This document shows, in pieces, positions 53,560-62,850 of a stretch of DNA of 64,000 nucleotides (its first letter is position 1; each line of letters opens with the position of its first letter). The notes beneath the pieces were generated by a model. The model saw nothing but the letters and a program-made list of their open reading frames with translations. It was not told the DNA's origin and ran no database searches. Position numbers and translations under genes: made by a program. Source of the DNA: Gemmatimonadota bacterium (GTDB taxonomy: Bacteria > Gemmatimonadota > Gemmatimonadetes > Palauibacterales > Palauibacteraceae); the NCBI GenBank assembly GCA_039588275.1, contig JBDHAC010000010.1, positions 1 to 64,000 of the forward strand, written 5' to 3'.

Positions 53560-54293
53560 GGCAGCAGGACGCGCAGCAGCGCAACCGCGCTCATGGCTAC
53601 GGCGGCCGTGACGCCGATCCCCACCTCGTGCGCCTGCGTGTAGGCTTCGGGGAGGAGCTCGACCACGGTCAGATAGATGATGGCACCAACCGCGAAGCCG
53701 AGGGTGGGAGGAAGGATGACGGGCGCCGCGAGTAGCACCGCGTACGTCGCCACCGCCATGAGCGGTTGGCTCACGTCGGTAAGCACCGAAAGCGCGGCCG
53801 CCCGCCTCAGCGAAACGCCCCGGGGCACGAGTACGGAGCAGAGCGCCGTCGCTTCGGCCACGTTGTGAACCGCGAACGCCAGCGCCATGAAGATGCCGAG
53901 GCGGAGCTCGAGAAACATCGCCACGCCGATCGCGATCCCCTCCGAAGCCGAGTGGAGGCTGTTGACCACCACCACCTTGTAGCCGTACTCGGGGGACATC
54001 TCATCCGTGAGGTTGAGCTGCAGGTCGGAGGTTCCTCCAAAGGCGTGGGACCCGTACACGAACAGGATGCCGAGCACGGCCCCCGCGGCCCCGGGCGCCG
54101 CAGGGCCCGTCAGCCCTTCGCTCACGAGGATGTACGCCGCCCCCAGCATGAGTCCCGCAGCCAGCGCGTTCGCGAAACCGATCAGCGCCGTGGACGGGCG
54201 ACGACCGAACGCCCACGGGCCCACACCCAAGGCGGCGGCCGCGGCCGCGATCGAGCCGTACAGGAGCGTCGCGAGCGTCCGGTCTACGGGCAT
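53556..54293 (-). CDS. ZIP-family metal transporter (variant motifs)
   Basis: LHSASEGIAIG, AVHNVAEA and GFAVGA; ATGA coupling with the downstream ZIP. Confidence 0.85.
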   Translation of the reverse strand: MPVDRTLATLLYGSIAAAAAALGVGPWAFGRRPSTALIGFANALAAGLMLGAAYILVSEGLTGPAAPGAAGAVLGILFVYGSHAFGGTSDLQLNLTDEMSPEYGYKVVVVNSLHSASEGIAIGVAMFLELRLGIFMALAFAVHNVAEATALCSVLVPRGVSLRRAAALSVLTDVSQPLMAVATYAVLLAAPVILPPTLGFAVGAIIYLTVVELLPEAYTQAHEVGIGVTAAVAMSAVALLRVLLP

Positions 54294-54320
54294 GATCCCT
54301 CGCTGGTCCGCTCCACCCGG

Positions 54321-56621
54321 TTAGTGGGGCTCACCGATGACCTCGAGTGCCTTCTCCAATAGCTCGTCTCGACCGTCGATGACTCCCTGCAGCGTTCGAC
54401 GCACCGGCACCGTCGGCTGAATGCCGACGAGGTGGTGCTGGGAACCGTCGTGTTTCACCACCTTCATTCCGGTCCAGGTGACGCGGAACCCGCCGGGCAG
54501 CGCCATCGGATTCGCGTTCCCGTTGGTTCCGGCCGTAGGCTGCCCAACGATCTCCGCCAGGCCATAGCCTTCGATGAAGCCCATAAAGGACTCGGCGTAG
54601 CTGATGGCTCTTCCATCGGTTATGAAGACGACCTTCCCGCCGATATGTGGCTTTCGCGCGGGAAGTCGCCAACCGTGATTCTGATAGCCGGCGATGTTCG
54701 CCCGGTCGGGGTAAATGATTTGCGGAACCCTCATCCAGGCGCCGGACGTGTCCGGGGACGCCAGCAGGTGACTGATGACCTCGTGGTTGCCGTTCGGGTA
54801 GCCGCGTAGATCGAAGATGACGCCCGGGGCCGAAGCCAGCTCCTGGATCCTCGCGCTGATCTCCGACATTTCCGCTTTGTCCAGGTCCACGTAGAAGACG
54901 CCGTCATCCAGTGCTTCGATGTCGGCGCGCTCGAACTCGGAAAGGGCTGGATCGAGCTGCTGCCTTTCGACCTCTACGTGCAGCTCTTCGCCTGCACGCA
55001 GGATCGTCAGCCCGACGAGCCCTCCAATCTCCCCCGAGCCCAGGGCTCGCAGGGCCTTGACCCGCTTCCACTGTGGAGATCCGGAGATGTACTCCTCCGC
55101 CTCGGCGAGGGCCCGTGTCGCGTCCACGCCGTCGACTCCAACCACGACATCGCCACGTCGGATCGTTTCGACCAGCGGTTTCGTCACGACAATCTCGTCC
55201 TCGACCCAGTCCAGAAGCAGAGGCAGCCGACCCTGCTGCGAGTAGTCGGGGTGCGACACGTTCCCGTGCCCGTCCTGGAGGCTCGCCACGAGCCTGCCCA
55301 GCGTCAGGAAGAAGTCCTCACCCCCGCTGTCGTCGAGCGCGTCCTGGAGGGCGCGCGTCAGTTCCGCATCCCAATCCACTCTTACGACATCGAAGTAGGG
55401 ATAGAAATGCTGAAAGACGTTCCAGGCGATGACCACGTCGCCCAACCGCACATCCTCCTCGTCTGCGGAAAGCTCTCTCAGGTGGACGGTCTCGAGGCGC
55501 GCCGTGAGTGCCTCGACCGAATACTCGGTGGTCGGTCCCCAGGTTGACGCACTGTCGCCCAGGAGTGCGAGCGGTATCCGGCACGAGAGTCCAGCTCCCA
55601 GCTCTCTCTGTATCACCTCGCCGAGTTCCGGATGTGCCGCAAACAAGGGGAGAGAAACGACCAAGTGTTCGCTGTCGATCAAGAGGGCACGATCACCGCG
55701 ATACCGATCGCTCGACGTCACTTCGTACCGATACCCGGGGCTCGGCGTGAACCACTGCGACGGTGGTTCGCCCTCTTCTCCTTCTTCGAATCCCGGGTTG
55801 CCGATCTCGATCGATTGCCATTCGCCGGCTTCGTTCCGGGTCAGGAGCTCGAAGTCATCCAGAAACAGCGGACCCCGCCCGACGAGGAACCCCCCGAACG
55901 CGACGCGCTCGGCGTCGTCTGCGATCGTTCCGTCGATCTCGTAGGCACCCCATTCGCCCGAGGTGATCGGCCGGTCCCGCATGTTATCGAAGAAGCCCCT
56001 CTGGCCTCCGGGCCGATCCACGCGGAGCCAGAGCTGGGCCTGGCCGCCGCTGGCCGGGACGTCGACTCGCGCGAACGCTCTCAGCCGAACCGGCTTGCCC
56101 CGATGTGGGGCGGCTTGCACGGCTTGGGTTATCGTGCCGAACGCTCTAGGGGTGACCTCGATAGCCCGGTTGAGACGCTTACTCCGGTAGATGGAGCCCT
56201 GCCCGCCCAGGTGTACACCGAGATGTTGCCAGGCCACCAGGTCGAGCCCCGCAGTGTCCCGCGGCATGAGCGTGACCGGGGGCGGCTCGTGTGCGGTGGT
56301 GTAGATTCGAGCCGTCGGTGCGATGGGCCGGAACAGCTCACGTAGCGTACCGAGCAGCTCCTCGCGTGAGTTGGCCCCCTTTACTCGCCCAGCACCGTAG
56401 ATCGCGAGCCGATCCCAGTCGATGGCGCTCGCTTCCTCGCTCGGATGGAAGAAGCGTACGTAGCCGTAGAGCTTCGCGAAGGCTCGTAGATTCTCTACCT
56501 CCCGGCCGGCTCGAGGCTCCTGGCCGGCTCGAGGCTCCTGGCCGGCGTAGAACGCCAGCGCGGCGGGGAGCGCGGCGCACAACAGGAGCCGCCTCATCGT
56601 TTTCGGACGATTCCACGACAT
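54321..56621 (-). CDS. S41-family peptidase with inserted beta-sandwich (CBM-like) domain
   Basis: NLRAFAKLYGYVRFFHPS, WNVFQHFYPY, LQDGHG, PDZ-like RGDVVVGVDG, IFDLRGYP, AISYAES and PTAGTNG. Confidence 0.88.
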   Translation of the reverse strand: MSWNRPKTMRRLLLCAALPAALAFYAGQEPRAGQEPRAGREVENLRAFAKLYGYVRFFHPSEEASAIDWDRLAIYGAGRVKGANSREELLGTLRELFRPIAPTARIYTTAHEPPPVTLMPRDTAGLDLVAWQHLGVHLGGQGSIYRSKRLNRAIEVTPRAFGTITQAVQAAPHRGKPVRLRAFARVDVPASGGQAQLWLRVDRPGGQRGFFDNMRDRPITSGEWGAYEIDGTIADDAERVAFGGFLVGRGPLFLDDFELLTRNEAGEWQSIEIGNPGFEEGEEGEPPSQWFTPSPGYRYEVTSSDRYRGDRALLIDSEHLVVSLPLFAAHPELGEVIQRELGAGLSCRIPLALLGDSASTWGPTTEYSVEALTARLETVHLRELSADEEDVRLGDVVIAWNVFQHFYPYFDVVRVDWDAELTRALQDALDDSGGEDFFLTLGRLVASLQDGHGNVSHPDYSQQGRLPLLLDWVEDEIVVTKPLVETIRRGDVVVGVDGVDATRALAEAEEYISGSPQWKRVKALRALGSGEIGGLVGLTILRAGEELHVEVERQQLDPALSEFERADIEALDDGVFYVDLDKAEMSEISARIQELASAPGVIFDLRGYPNGNHEVISHLLASPDTSGAWMRVPQIIYPDRANIAGYQNHGWRLPARKPHIGGKVVFITDGRAISYAESFMGFIEGYGLAEIVGQPTAGTNGNANPMALPGGFRVTWTGMKVVKHDGSQHHLVGIQPTVPVRRTLQGVIDGRDELLEKALEVIGEPH
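56501..56546. repeat. 18-nt tandem repeat encoding (AGQEPR)2-AGRE
   Basis: GGCCGGCTCGAGGCTCCT repeated about 2.5 times. Confidence 0.8.
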
Positions 56622-56819
56622 CGGGGCCTCCTCTCGAGGCAGCTAAGGCCACGGTCGCCTGCAGCGTTACGGACCGGACGCGCATCGGCAAGGGGCAGCG
56701 GCTAATTCGGCTCACACGGGGTATTCCCCGCCCGGAGTTCGTATATTCTTCCACGGTCCCACGGGGGCCCTGCCCCGAGTAAACCATCCGAGAGCGTACG
56801 CGCGAATGGATCAGGCAGA

Positions 56820-57620
56820 ATGAGGATCAATCCGAAGCTCTGTGTCGGGTGTGGCAACTGCGTGGCCGTGTGCCCCATGGCGGCCATTTCGATCGACCCC
56901 GCCACCGAACGGGCGACCGTGGACCACTCCGAATGCGTGGAGTGCTTCGCGTGCTACCGCAACATGAGCACCGAGGGGCTGAATCCCACGCTCGTCCGCG
57001 GCGTGCGCAAGCTTCTCCGTTTCGCGCGTGTCCGCTTCGATCCAGAGCCCGACGTGTGTCCCACCTCCGCCATCGAGCCGGAAGAGCTCACGTGGCCTCG
57101 AACCGTCCGCCGCGCCTTCAGCGATACGCAGGCGCCACACGAAGAGACCGGCGTGCATGGCCGCGGCACGGAGGAAGTCAAGACGAATGACGTCACGGGC
57201 CGGGTACGGGAGGGCGACGCGGGCTTTGTCGTCGAGTTGGGTCGACCCGCGGTCGGGGTCTGGTTCCGTGACATCGAACGGGTCACGCGCCACCTCGCCG
57301 CGACCGGCGTGACATTCGAGAGCAACAACCCCGTGACCGGCCTCATGGTGGACACCGCTTCCGGTACCCTGAACCCGGACGTCCTGGGAGAGAAGGCCAT
57401 GTCGGCCATCGTCGAGTTCAAGGTCGGATTCGACGAGGTTCCGCGCGTGCTGCGCGCGCTGGAGGAAGTCGCGAAGCGGATCGACACCGTGATGGCGGTC
57501 GGGGCATCGGGGCGGTGTGACGGAAACGGAGACAGTCCTCTCCAGCGTGTGCTGGCGGGCTCCGGGTACATGCCCATCCGCGCGAAGACCAACCTCGGCC
57601 TGGGACATCTGTCAACATGA
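56820..57620 (+). CDS. 2x[4Fe-4S] ferredoxin-domain protein with uncharacterised C-terminal domain
   Basis: CVGCGNCVAVCP and CVECFAC..(insert)..CP; downstream GRGTEEVKTNDVTGR, ELGRP, NNPVT and KTNLGLG. Confidence 0.85.
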   Translation: MRINPKLCVGCGNCVAVCPMAAISIDPATERATVDHSECVECFACYRNMSTEGLNPTLVRGVRKLLRFARVRFDPEPDVCPTSAIEPEELTWPRTVRRAFSDTQAPHEETGVHGRGTEEVKTNDVTGRVREGDAGFVVELGRPAVGVWFRDIERVTRHLAATGVTFESNNPVTGLMVDTASGTLNPDVLGEKAMSAIVEFKVGFDEVPRVLRALEEVAKRIDTVMAVGASGRCDGNGDSPLQRVLAGSGYMPIRAKTNLGLGHLST

Positions 57621-58294
57621 CCCACACGCTCCATCGATCCGGATCCGCGGAAGACCAGAGGGACGACTTCCTCGTCCTCGCCATGCCTGCGAGCGGTTTC
57701 GACTCCGAGCTCGCGGTCGAGAAGCAGAAGGAGTTCCTGCGGCGCGCGCTTCGCCACGGCCCGGTAAACATCGGTGATACCGCTCACCACGGTTGGCACC
57801 ACGCCAGAAGGAAGCTGAGACCCACCGTTCACTGGCGGCGCGATTCGACCCCGCGCCCGGAAGAAGTGATCGACGCCGTGGACGCGCCATCACCGGTCAC
57901 CGCCGTGTTCGACAACTACGAATCGATGCGCGCATTCGTAGAGGAGTTGCGAGACGCCGACCTCGGGTTGTCCATCAACGTGAGCGCCCTCACGGCCGTG
58001 GCGGAGGAATGCTGCAACTCGGTCGGGATCGCGCGGCACAGCGTGGAATACTCATTGGGGTTCTTCGGTCGAATCGAGTGCCTGCCCGATGCCACGGCGC
58101 TACGCCTGTGTACGATGTGTGGCCACGGAATGATCAGTCACGCGCTGGCGCAAAAGATGATCTCTCGGGTAAGGAACGGGCGACGGACGCCGGGGGAAGC
58201 GAGTGTCTGCCTGGCTCGCTTCTGTAACTGCGGAGCCTTCAACCCGCGCCGGGCCGCCCGCATCCTCGAAGGAGCATCCGTGGGTGGAGGGTAG
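57617..58294 (+). CDS. Conserved hypothetical Cys-motif protein, partner of the Fe-S protein
   Basis: MTHTLHR.., CC, CTMCGHGM and CNCGAFNP; ATGA coupling with the upstream gene. Confidence 0.8.
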   Translation: MTHTLHRSGSAEDQRDDFLVLAMPASGFDSELAVEKQKEFLRRALRHGPVNIGDTAHHGWHHARRKLRPTVHWRRDSTPRPEEVIDAVDAPSPVTAVFDNYESMRAFVEELRDADLGLSINVSALTAVAEECCNSVGIARHSVEYSLGFFGRIECLPDATALRLCTMCGHGMISHALAQKMISRVRNGRRTPGEASVCLARFCNCGAFNPRRAARILEGASVGGG

Positions 58295-58366
58295 AGCGTG
58301 GTCGTCGACGCGAGAACGAGCCGACGGGGCGGGAAAGAGCGGGCGGATACAACGGAGGAAAGAACA

Positions 58367-59170
58367 TTGAAGCATAGACAAAGTCGACGGTGCGCGGTTC
58401 GCGGCTCGATTCTCGCGGCCACGCTGGCCCCGCTGGCAATTGCGGCGTGCAGCTCGATCACGAGCCGGGATTGCTGTTCGGCCGAGGTGCGCGAGGACTT
58501 CCGATTCGATCTGGACGCTACGAGCCGGTCACGCTTTCGTGTCAACGCTATTGATGGTCGAGTACTCGTGATCATCTCCTCGGGTGAGGACTTCATCGTT
58601 CGAGGCCAGAAGCGCGTCGGTGGGACCGATCAGGCCGATGCAGAAGCTCACCTCGCCAACCTCACGATCCAGATTACCGAGCAGGCCGAAGAAATCGTTG
58701 TGACATCGATCCACCCGCGCACGGACGGGCGGCCGTACGTCGTCGACTATACCCTGGAGGTGCCCGCTCGGCTCGTGCCTGAGATCTCGACCGTCAATGG
58801 AGACGTAACGATCGAGGGTGTGGAAGCCGGTCTAGCCGTGCAGATCATAAACGGCGCGGTCACTCTAAGGGACATCGTGGGCAGTAGTGAGGTGGACGTG
58901 ATCAATGGCAGCATTGTCGCGCAGGTCCGTATCCGGGACGACGAGCTGATCCGCCTGGATGGTCTGAATGGAGACGTCTCGCTCTCGATCCCAGCGGACA
59001 CGAACGCTCAGCTCGAGGCGACGGCCGGGAATGGAACGGTGACCGTCACCAATCTCACGCTCACGAACGAGCTCATTACGAGCAACGTGGTGACGGGCAC
59101 GATCGGAACGGGCGCCGGAAGCATCATGTTGAACGCCGACAACGGTAACATCACGCTCACCGGGTTCTAG
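58367..59170 (+). CDS. DUF4097-like beta-strand-repeat lipoprotein
   Basis: Lipobox AIAAC; repeated TVNGDV/IINGAV/VINGSI/LNGDV/ADNGNI; TTG start after GGAGG. Confidence 0.8.
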   Translation: MKHRQSRRCAVRGSILAATLAPLAIAACSSITSRDCCSAEVREDFRFDLDATSRSRFRVNAIDGRVLVIISSGEDFIVRGQKRVGGTDQADAEAHLANLTIQITEQAEEIVVTSIHPRTDGRPYVVDYTLEVPARLVPEISTVNGDVTIEGVEAGLAVQIINGAVTLRDIVGSSEVDVINGSIVAQVRIRDDELIRLDGLNGDVSLSIPADTNAQLEATAGNGTVTVTNLTLTNELITSNVVTGTIGTGAGSIMLNADNGNITLTGF

Positions 59171-59199
59171 AGCCGCTCGCCCGCTGGCCGGGTCACCCC

Positions 59200-60381
59200 A
59201 TGAGAGTGCTTCTCCTGGGCGTCGGTATGCAGGGCAAGGCCGCGCTGCACGACCTGGTCAACAGTGAGTCGGTGCGCGAGGTGGTGGCCGCCGACCGCGA
59301 CGTTGGCGGTCTCGAGACGTACGTCGCGGAGCGAGGCTACGGCGGGGTGGTCCGCTGCGAGCCGTTTGATGCGACCGACGAGGCGGCTGTCGATCGCCTG
59401 ATGGAATCGGCGCCCGACGTGGCGATCGACCTCCTCCCCACTCCCCTCATGTCTGTCGTAGCGGCGTCCGCCGTCCGACACGGTATTCACCTGGTCAACA
59501 CGAATTACCTCACGCCGGAGATCCACGCGCTGCACGAGCCGGCGCTCGAGAACGACGTGACGCTTCTCCCGGAGTGCGGCATGGATCCAGGGCTGGATCT
59601 CGTCATGCTCGGGCACGCGGTTCGTTCTCTCGACCAGGTGACGGGGCTCCGAAGCTACGGGGCAGGGATCCCGGCCCGCGAAGCCGCCACGAACCCCCTC
59701 CGGTACAAGGTGAGCTGGACGCTCGAGGGCGTGCTGCGTGCCTACCGGCGGCCCGCGCATCTCATCCGGGATGGAGCTCGGGTGTCGATCGGTGGAGACG
59801 AGATCTTCCACGCCGAGAACGTGCATGAGATCGAGATCGAGGGATTGGGCCTGCTCGAGGCATATCCCAACGGTGACGCGCTTCAGTACCTCGATCCGCT
59901 CGGGCTCGACCGATCGCAGCTGGAGGACGTCGGACGCTTCACGATGCGGTGGCCTGGGCATTGCGCGTTCTGGCGTGCGCTCGTCGACCTGCATCTGTTG
60001 GATGAGGCACCCGTGGTCGTGGGAGGCATGCCCGTGGATCGGCTGGAGTACCTGACAGCCGCTCTCGAGCCTCGACTCCGGTACGCACCGGATGAGCGCG
60101 ATGTGGCCGTGCTCCGCGTCGAGGTCGAGGGGCTGCGGGCCGGCCTTCGAACGCTCGCGGTGTCGCAGGTGGTGGATGCGCGCGACCTCGAGACCGGGCT
60201 GACGGCGGTCAGTCGGCTGACCGGATTCACGGCCAGCGTCGGCGCTCAGATGATCGGCGGCGGTCTCATCACCCAGCGCGGATTACTGTCGCCTCTCACC
60301 GACCTACCGATGCGGCTCGTGTCGGAGGCGCTCGCCAAGCGGGGCATCCACGTCTCCTTCGAGCTGGGCGCGCTCGGCTGA
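59200..60381 (+). CDS. Saccharopine dehydrogenase family (lysine 6-dehydrogenase-like)
   Basis: Rossmann LLGVGMQG, ECGMDPGL, NPLRYKVSW, LEAYPNG, TMRWPGH and SRLTGF. Confidence 0.88.
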   Translation: MRVLLLGVGMQGKAALHDLVNSESVREVVAADRDVGGLETYVAERGYGGVVRCEPFDATDEAAVDRLMESAPDVAIDLLPTPLMSVVAASAVRHGIHLVNTNYLTPEIHALHEPALENDVTLLPECGMDPGLDLVMLGHAVRSLDQVTGLRSYGAGIPAREAATNPLRYKVSWTLEGVLRAYRRPAHLIRDGARVSIGGDEIFHAENVHEIEIEGLGLLEAYPNGDALQYLDPLGLDRSQLEDVGRFTMRWPGHCAFWRALVDLHLLDEAPVVVGGMPVDRLEYLTAALEPRLRYAPDERDVAVLRVEVEGLRAGLRTLAVSQVVDARDLETGLTAVSRLTGFTASVGAQMIGGGLITQRGLLSPLTDLPMRLVSEALAKRGIHVSFELGALG

Positions 60382-60423
60382 CGTCGAGCTGCGAAGGCCG
60401 GCCGCTCACCGCAGCCCCCGGCA

Positions 60424-62787
60424 TCAGACAGCAAGCGGCCAGATGATCGGTAGGACGAATAGAACCACCAGGAGGAGGACGATCACCTGCGGGATTCCCA
60501 CCTTCGCGTAGTCGGCGACGCGGTATCCACCCACACCCATGACCAACAGGTTCACAGGGTGCCCAAACGGACTCATGAACGCTGCCGACGCCCCCACCGC
60601 CACGACCATCATCAACGCATAGGGCGACACGCCTACCTCTGCGGCGGTGTTGAGCGCGATGGGCGACATGAGGACCGCTACCGCCGCCGTGGGAATGAAC
60701 TGCGCGGCCAGAGCGGTTACCATGAACAGTCCACCCAGGAGCGCCATCGGTCCGAGCTCCGCCGCGCGTCCGAGAACGCTGCGGGCAATGAGGGTCGCGG
60801 TCCCCGACTCCTGCATCGCTACCCCGAGCGCCAGCATCCCGCCGATCAGAAGGATGACCTTCCACTGAACGGCCTCGTAGGCCTCATCCGCGGTCATGCA
60901 ACCCGTGAATACCATCATCAGCGCCCCCGCGGGCGCTGCGATGAAGATCGGTAGCAGCCCCGTGGACGCCGACAGCACGACGGCCGCCATGATCGAGAGC
61001 GCCAGGGGTGCCCTCGGTGCGCGGAATATCTCGCGCATCTCCTCGGTGAGCACGAGGAATCCGGGATCTCGCGCCAAGAGTCGCAGCCTGGCCCGCTCGC
61101 CGTACACGAGGAGCGCATCCCCGAAGCGCAGCGGCATCGATCGCACCTCGACGCTCGAGTGGTACGAGCGCCCACCTCGCCAGATGGCGAGCACGCTCAA
61201 CCCGTATTTCTCCCGGAAGAAGAGTTCCTTGAGGGACCTGCCGGCGAGCGTGGCACGCGGAGCCAAGGTCAGCTCGGCAAACCCGACTTTCTCCGACTCC
61301 AACTCACCGATGCCTGGCGCCGTCGGGCGGAGCTCGAGGTCGACCAGCGAGTCCAAGACGAGGAAGTTGTCCCTCCGCCCCTCTACCACGAGCACGTCCC
61401 CGGCCTTCAGCCGCGTCCCGGGGCTAGGGAGCACGATGCCCTTCCCGTCTCGTTGGATCTCCAACACCGCGAGATCGAACGCCCGTCGCAGGCGGGTTTC
61501 CTCGAGCGTGTGTCCCTCGAGACGCGAGCCGGATGGGACCTCGAGGCGCAGCAGCCAGCGGCTGAGCTGGTACCGCCGGGTCGCCTCATTCGCCGTGAGT
61601 CGTTGGATGTGGCAGAACTCCGACGCATAACGAAGCTGCTGAAGCTTGTCGCGCGTCCCGAGGACCACGAGCACGTCCCCCGCCTTGAGCTTGGTCTCGT
61701 GGATGCGGGCTCGCCGGACTGCACCTTCGCGCGCGATGGCCACCACATGCGCACGGTACCGATTGCGGAAGTCGATCTCGCCGAGCGTCTGTCCCGCGAT
61801 CGGCGAGTCGCCCGCGACTTCCATCTCGGCCAGATCTACCGGACCGGAAACGAGCTGTCCCGTAGACGGAGGCTCGCCACCGGGCTCGATGAAATGCCCC
61901 CAACCGCGCAGCGTCTCGAACGCCTCCGGTTGCCCGGCCGCCACCACACGGTCTCCCCCACGCAGCTTGAAGTTGGGTCGCGGGGCCAGGATCATTCGCC
62001 CTTCGCGGCGCACGGCCAGGACGCCGAGCCCGAGCGCGAGTCCGAGGCGGCAGTCTACGAGCGATCGACCCGCGAGCCCTGAATCCTGAGGCACGGAGAT
62101 CGTGAACAGCATCTCTTCTATCTCGTATTGGCCTCGCAAGTCGACGTCGGCGGACTCCCCCGAGCCCTCCGCATATCGGCGTGGGAGCAGGCGCCCACCG
62201 AACAGGACCATACACAGTGTGCCCGCCAACAGGACGGTGAGCCCCAGCGGGGTAAAGTCGAACATCTCGAACGGCTCGAGGCCCGCCTCGAACAGGGCTC
62301 CGGCGATCAGGATGTTGGGGGCCGTCCCGATGAGCGTGGTCATGCCTCCGAGCAGCGTGGCGAAGGCGAGCGGGATCAGCAGCCGCGATGGCGGTTGCCC
62401 GATCCGGCGTGCGATGTCGAGTACTACCGGCAGTAGAAGCGCCCCCACCGCGATGTTGTTCATGATCCCCGACAGGAGACCCGCGGTCATCATCAGGACG
62501 AACGTGATCCGGACGGCTGACGCGCCCGCGAGGCGGAGCACCTGGCGCCCGAGCAGGTTCGCGACCCCGGTGCGGTACAGGCCCCCGCTCAGCACAAGGA
62601 CGCCCGCGATCGTGACCACAGCGGGGTCCCCGAAGCCCTGGATGGCCTCGGTCGCCGGGATCGTGCCCGTTACCGCGAGGGTCACGAGGATGAGCAGGGC
62701 GATCATGTCGTACCGCACCCACTCGGTGACGAACAACACGACCGCCACCGCGACGATCGCCAGAACGAGGACCACGTCCGCCGTCAT
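60424..62787 (-). CDS. SLC13-like permease with four TrkA-C (RCK_C) domains
   Basis: GIMNN, LLIPLAFATLLGGMTTLIGTAPN, four SxLxGxxL TrkA-C repeats and FMSPFGHPVNLLVMGVGGY. Confidence 0.9.
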   Translation of the reverse strand: MTADVVLVLAIVAVAVVLFVTEWVRYDMIALLILVTLAVTGTIPATEAIQGFGDPAVVTIAGVLVLSGGLYRTGVANLLGRQVLRLAGASAVRITFVLMMTAGLLSGIMNNIAVGALLLPVVLDIARRIGQPPSRLLIPLAFATLLGGMTTLIGTAPNILIAGALFEAGLEPFEMFDFTPLGLTVLLAGTLCMVLFGGRLLPRRYAEGSGESADVDLRGQYEIEEMLFTISVPQDSGLAGRSLVDCRLGLALGLGVLAVRREGRMILAPRPNFKLRGGDRVVAAGQPEAFETLRGWGHFIEPGGEPPSTGQLVSGPVDLAEMEVAGDSPIAGQTLGEIDFRNRYRAHVVAIAREGAVRRARIHETKLKAGDVLVVLGTRDKLQQLRYASEFCHIQRLTANEATRRYQLSRWLLRLEVPSGSRLEGHTLEETRLRRAFDLAVLEIQRDGKGIVLPSPGTRLKAGDVLVVEGRRDNFLVLDSLVDLELRPTAPGIGELESEKVGFAELTLAPRATLAGRSLKELFFREKYGLSVLAIWRGGRSYHSSVEVRSMPLRFGDALLVYGERARLRLLARDPGFLVLTEEMREIFRAPRAPLALSIMAAVVLSASTGLLPIFIAAPAGALMMVFTGCMTADEAYEAVQWKVILLIGGMLALGVAMQESGTATLIARSVLGRAAELGPMALLGGLFMVTALAAQFIPTAAVAVLMSPIALNTAAEVGVSPYALMMVVAVGASAAFMSPFGHPVNLLVMGVGGYRVADYAKVGIPQVIVLLLVVLFVLPIIWPLAV

Positions 62788-62850
62788 GGGCTGAAGAGCG
62801 GTCCCGCGTGGAGGTTGCGTACCACCGGCAGTCCGCCTAAACCGGCCCGG

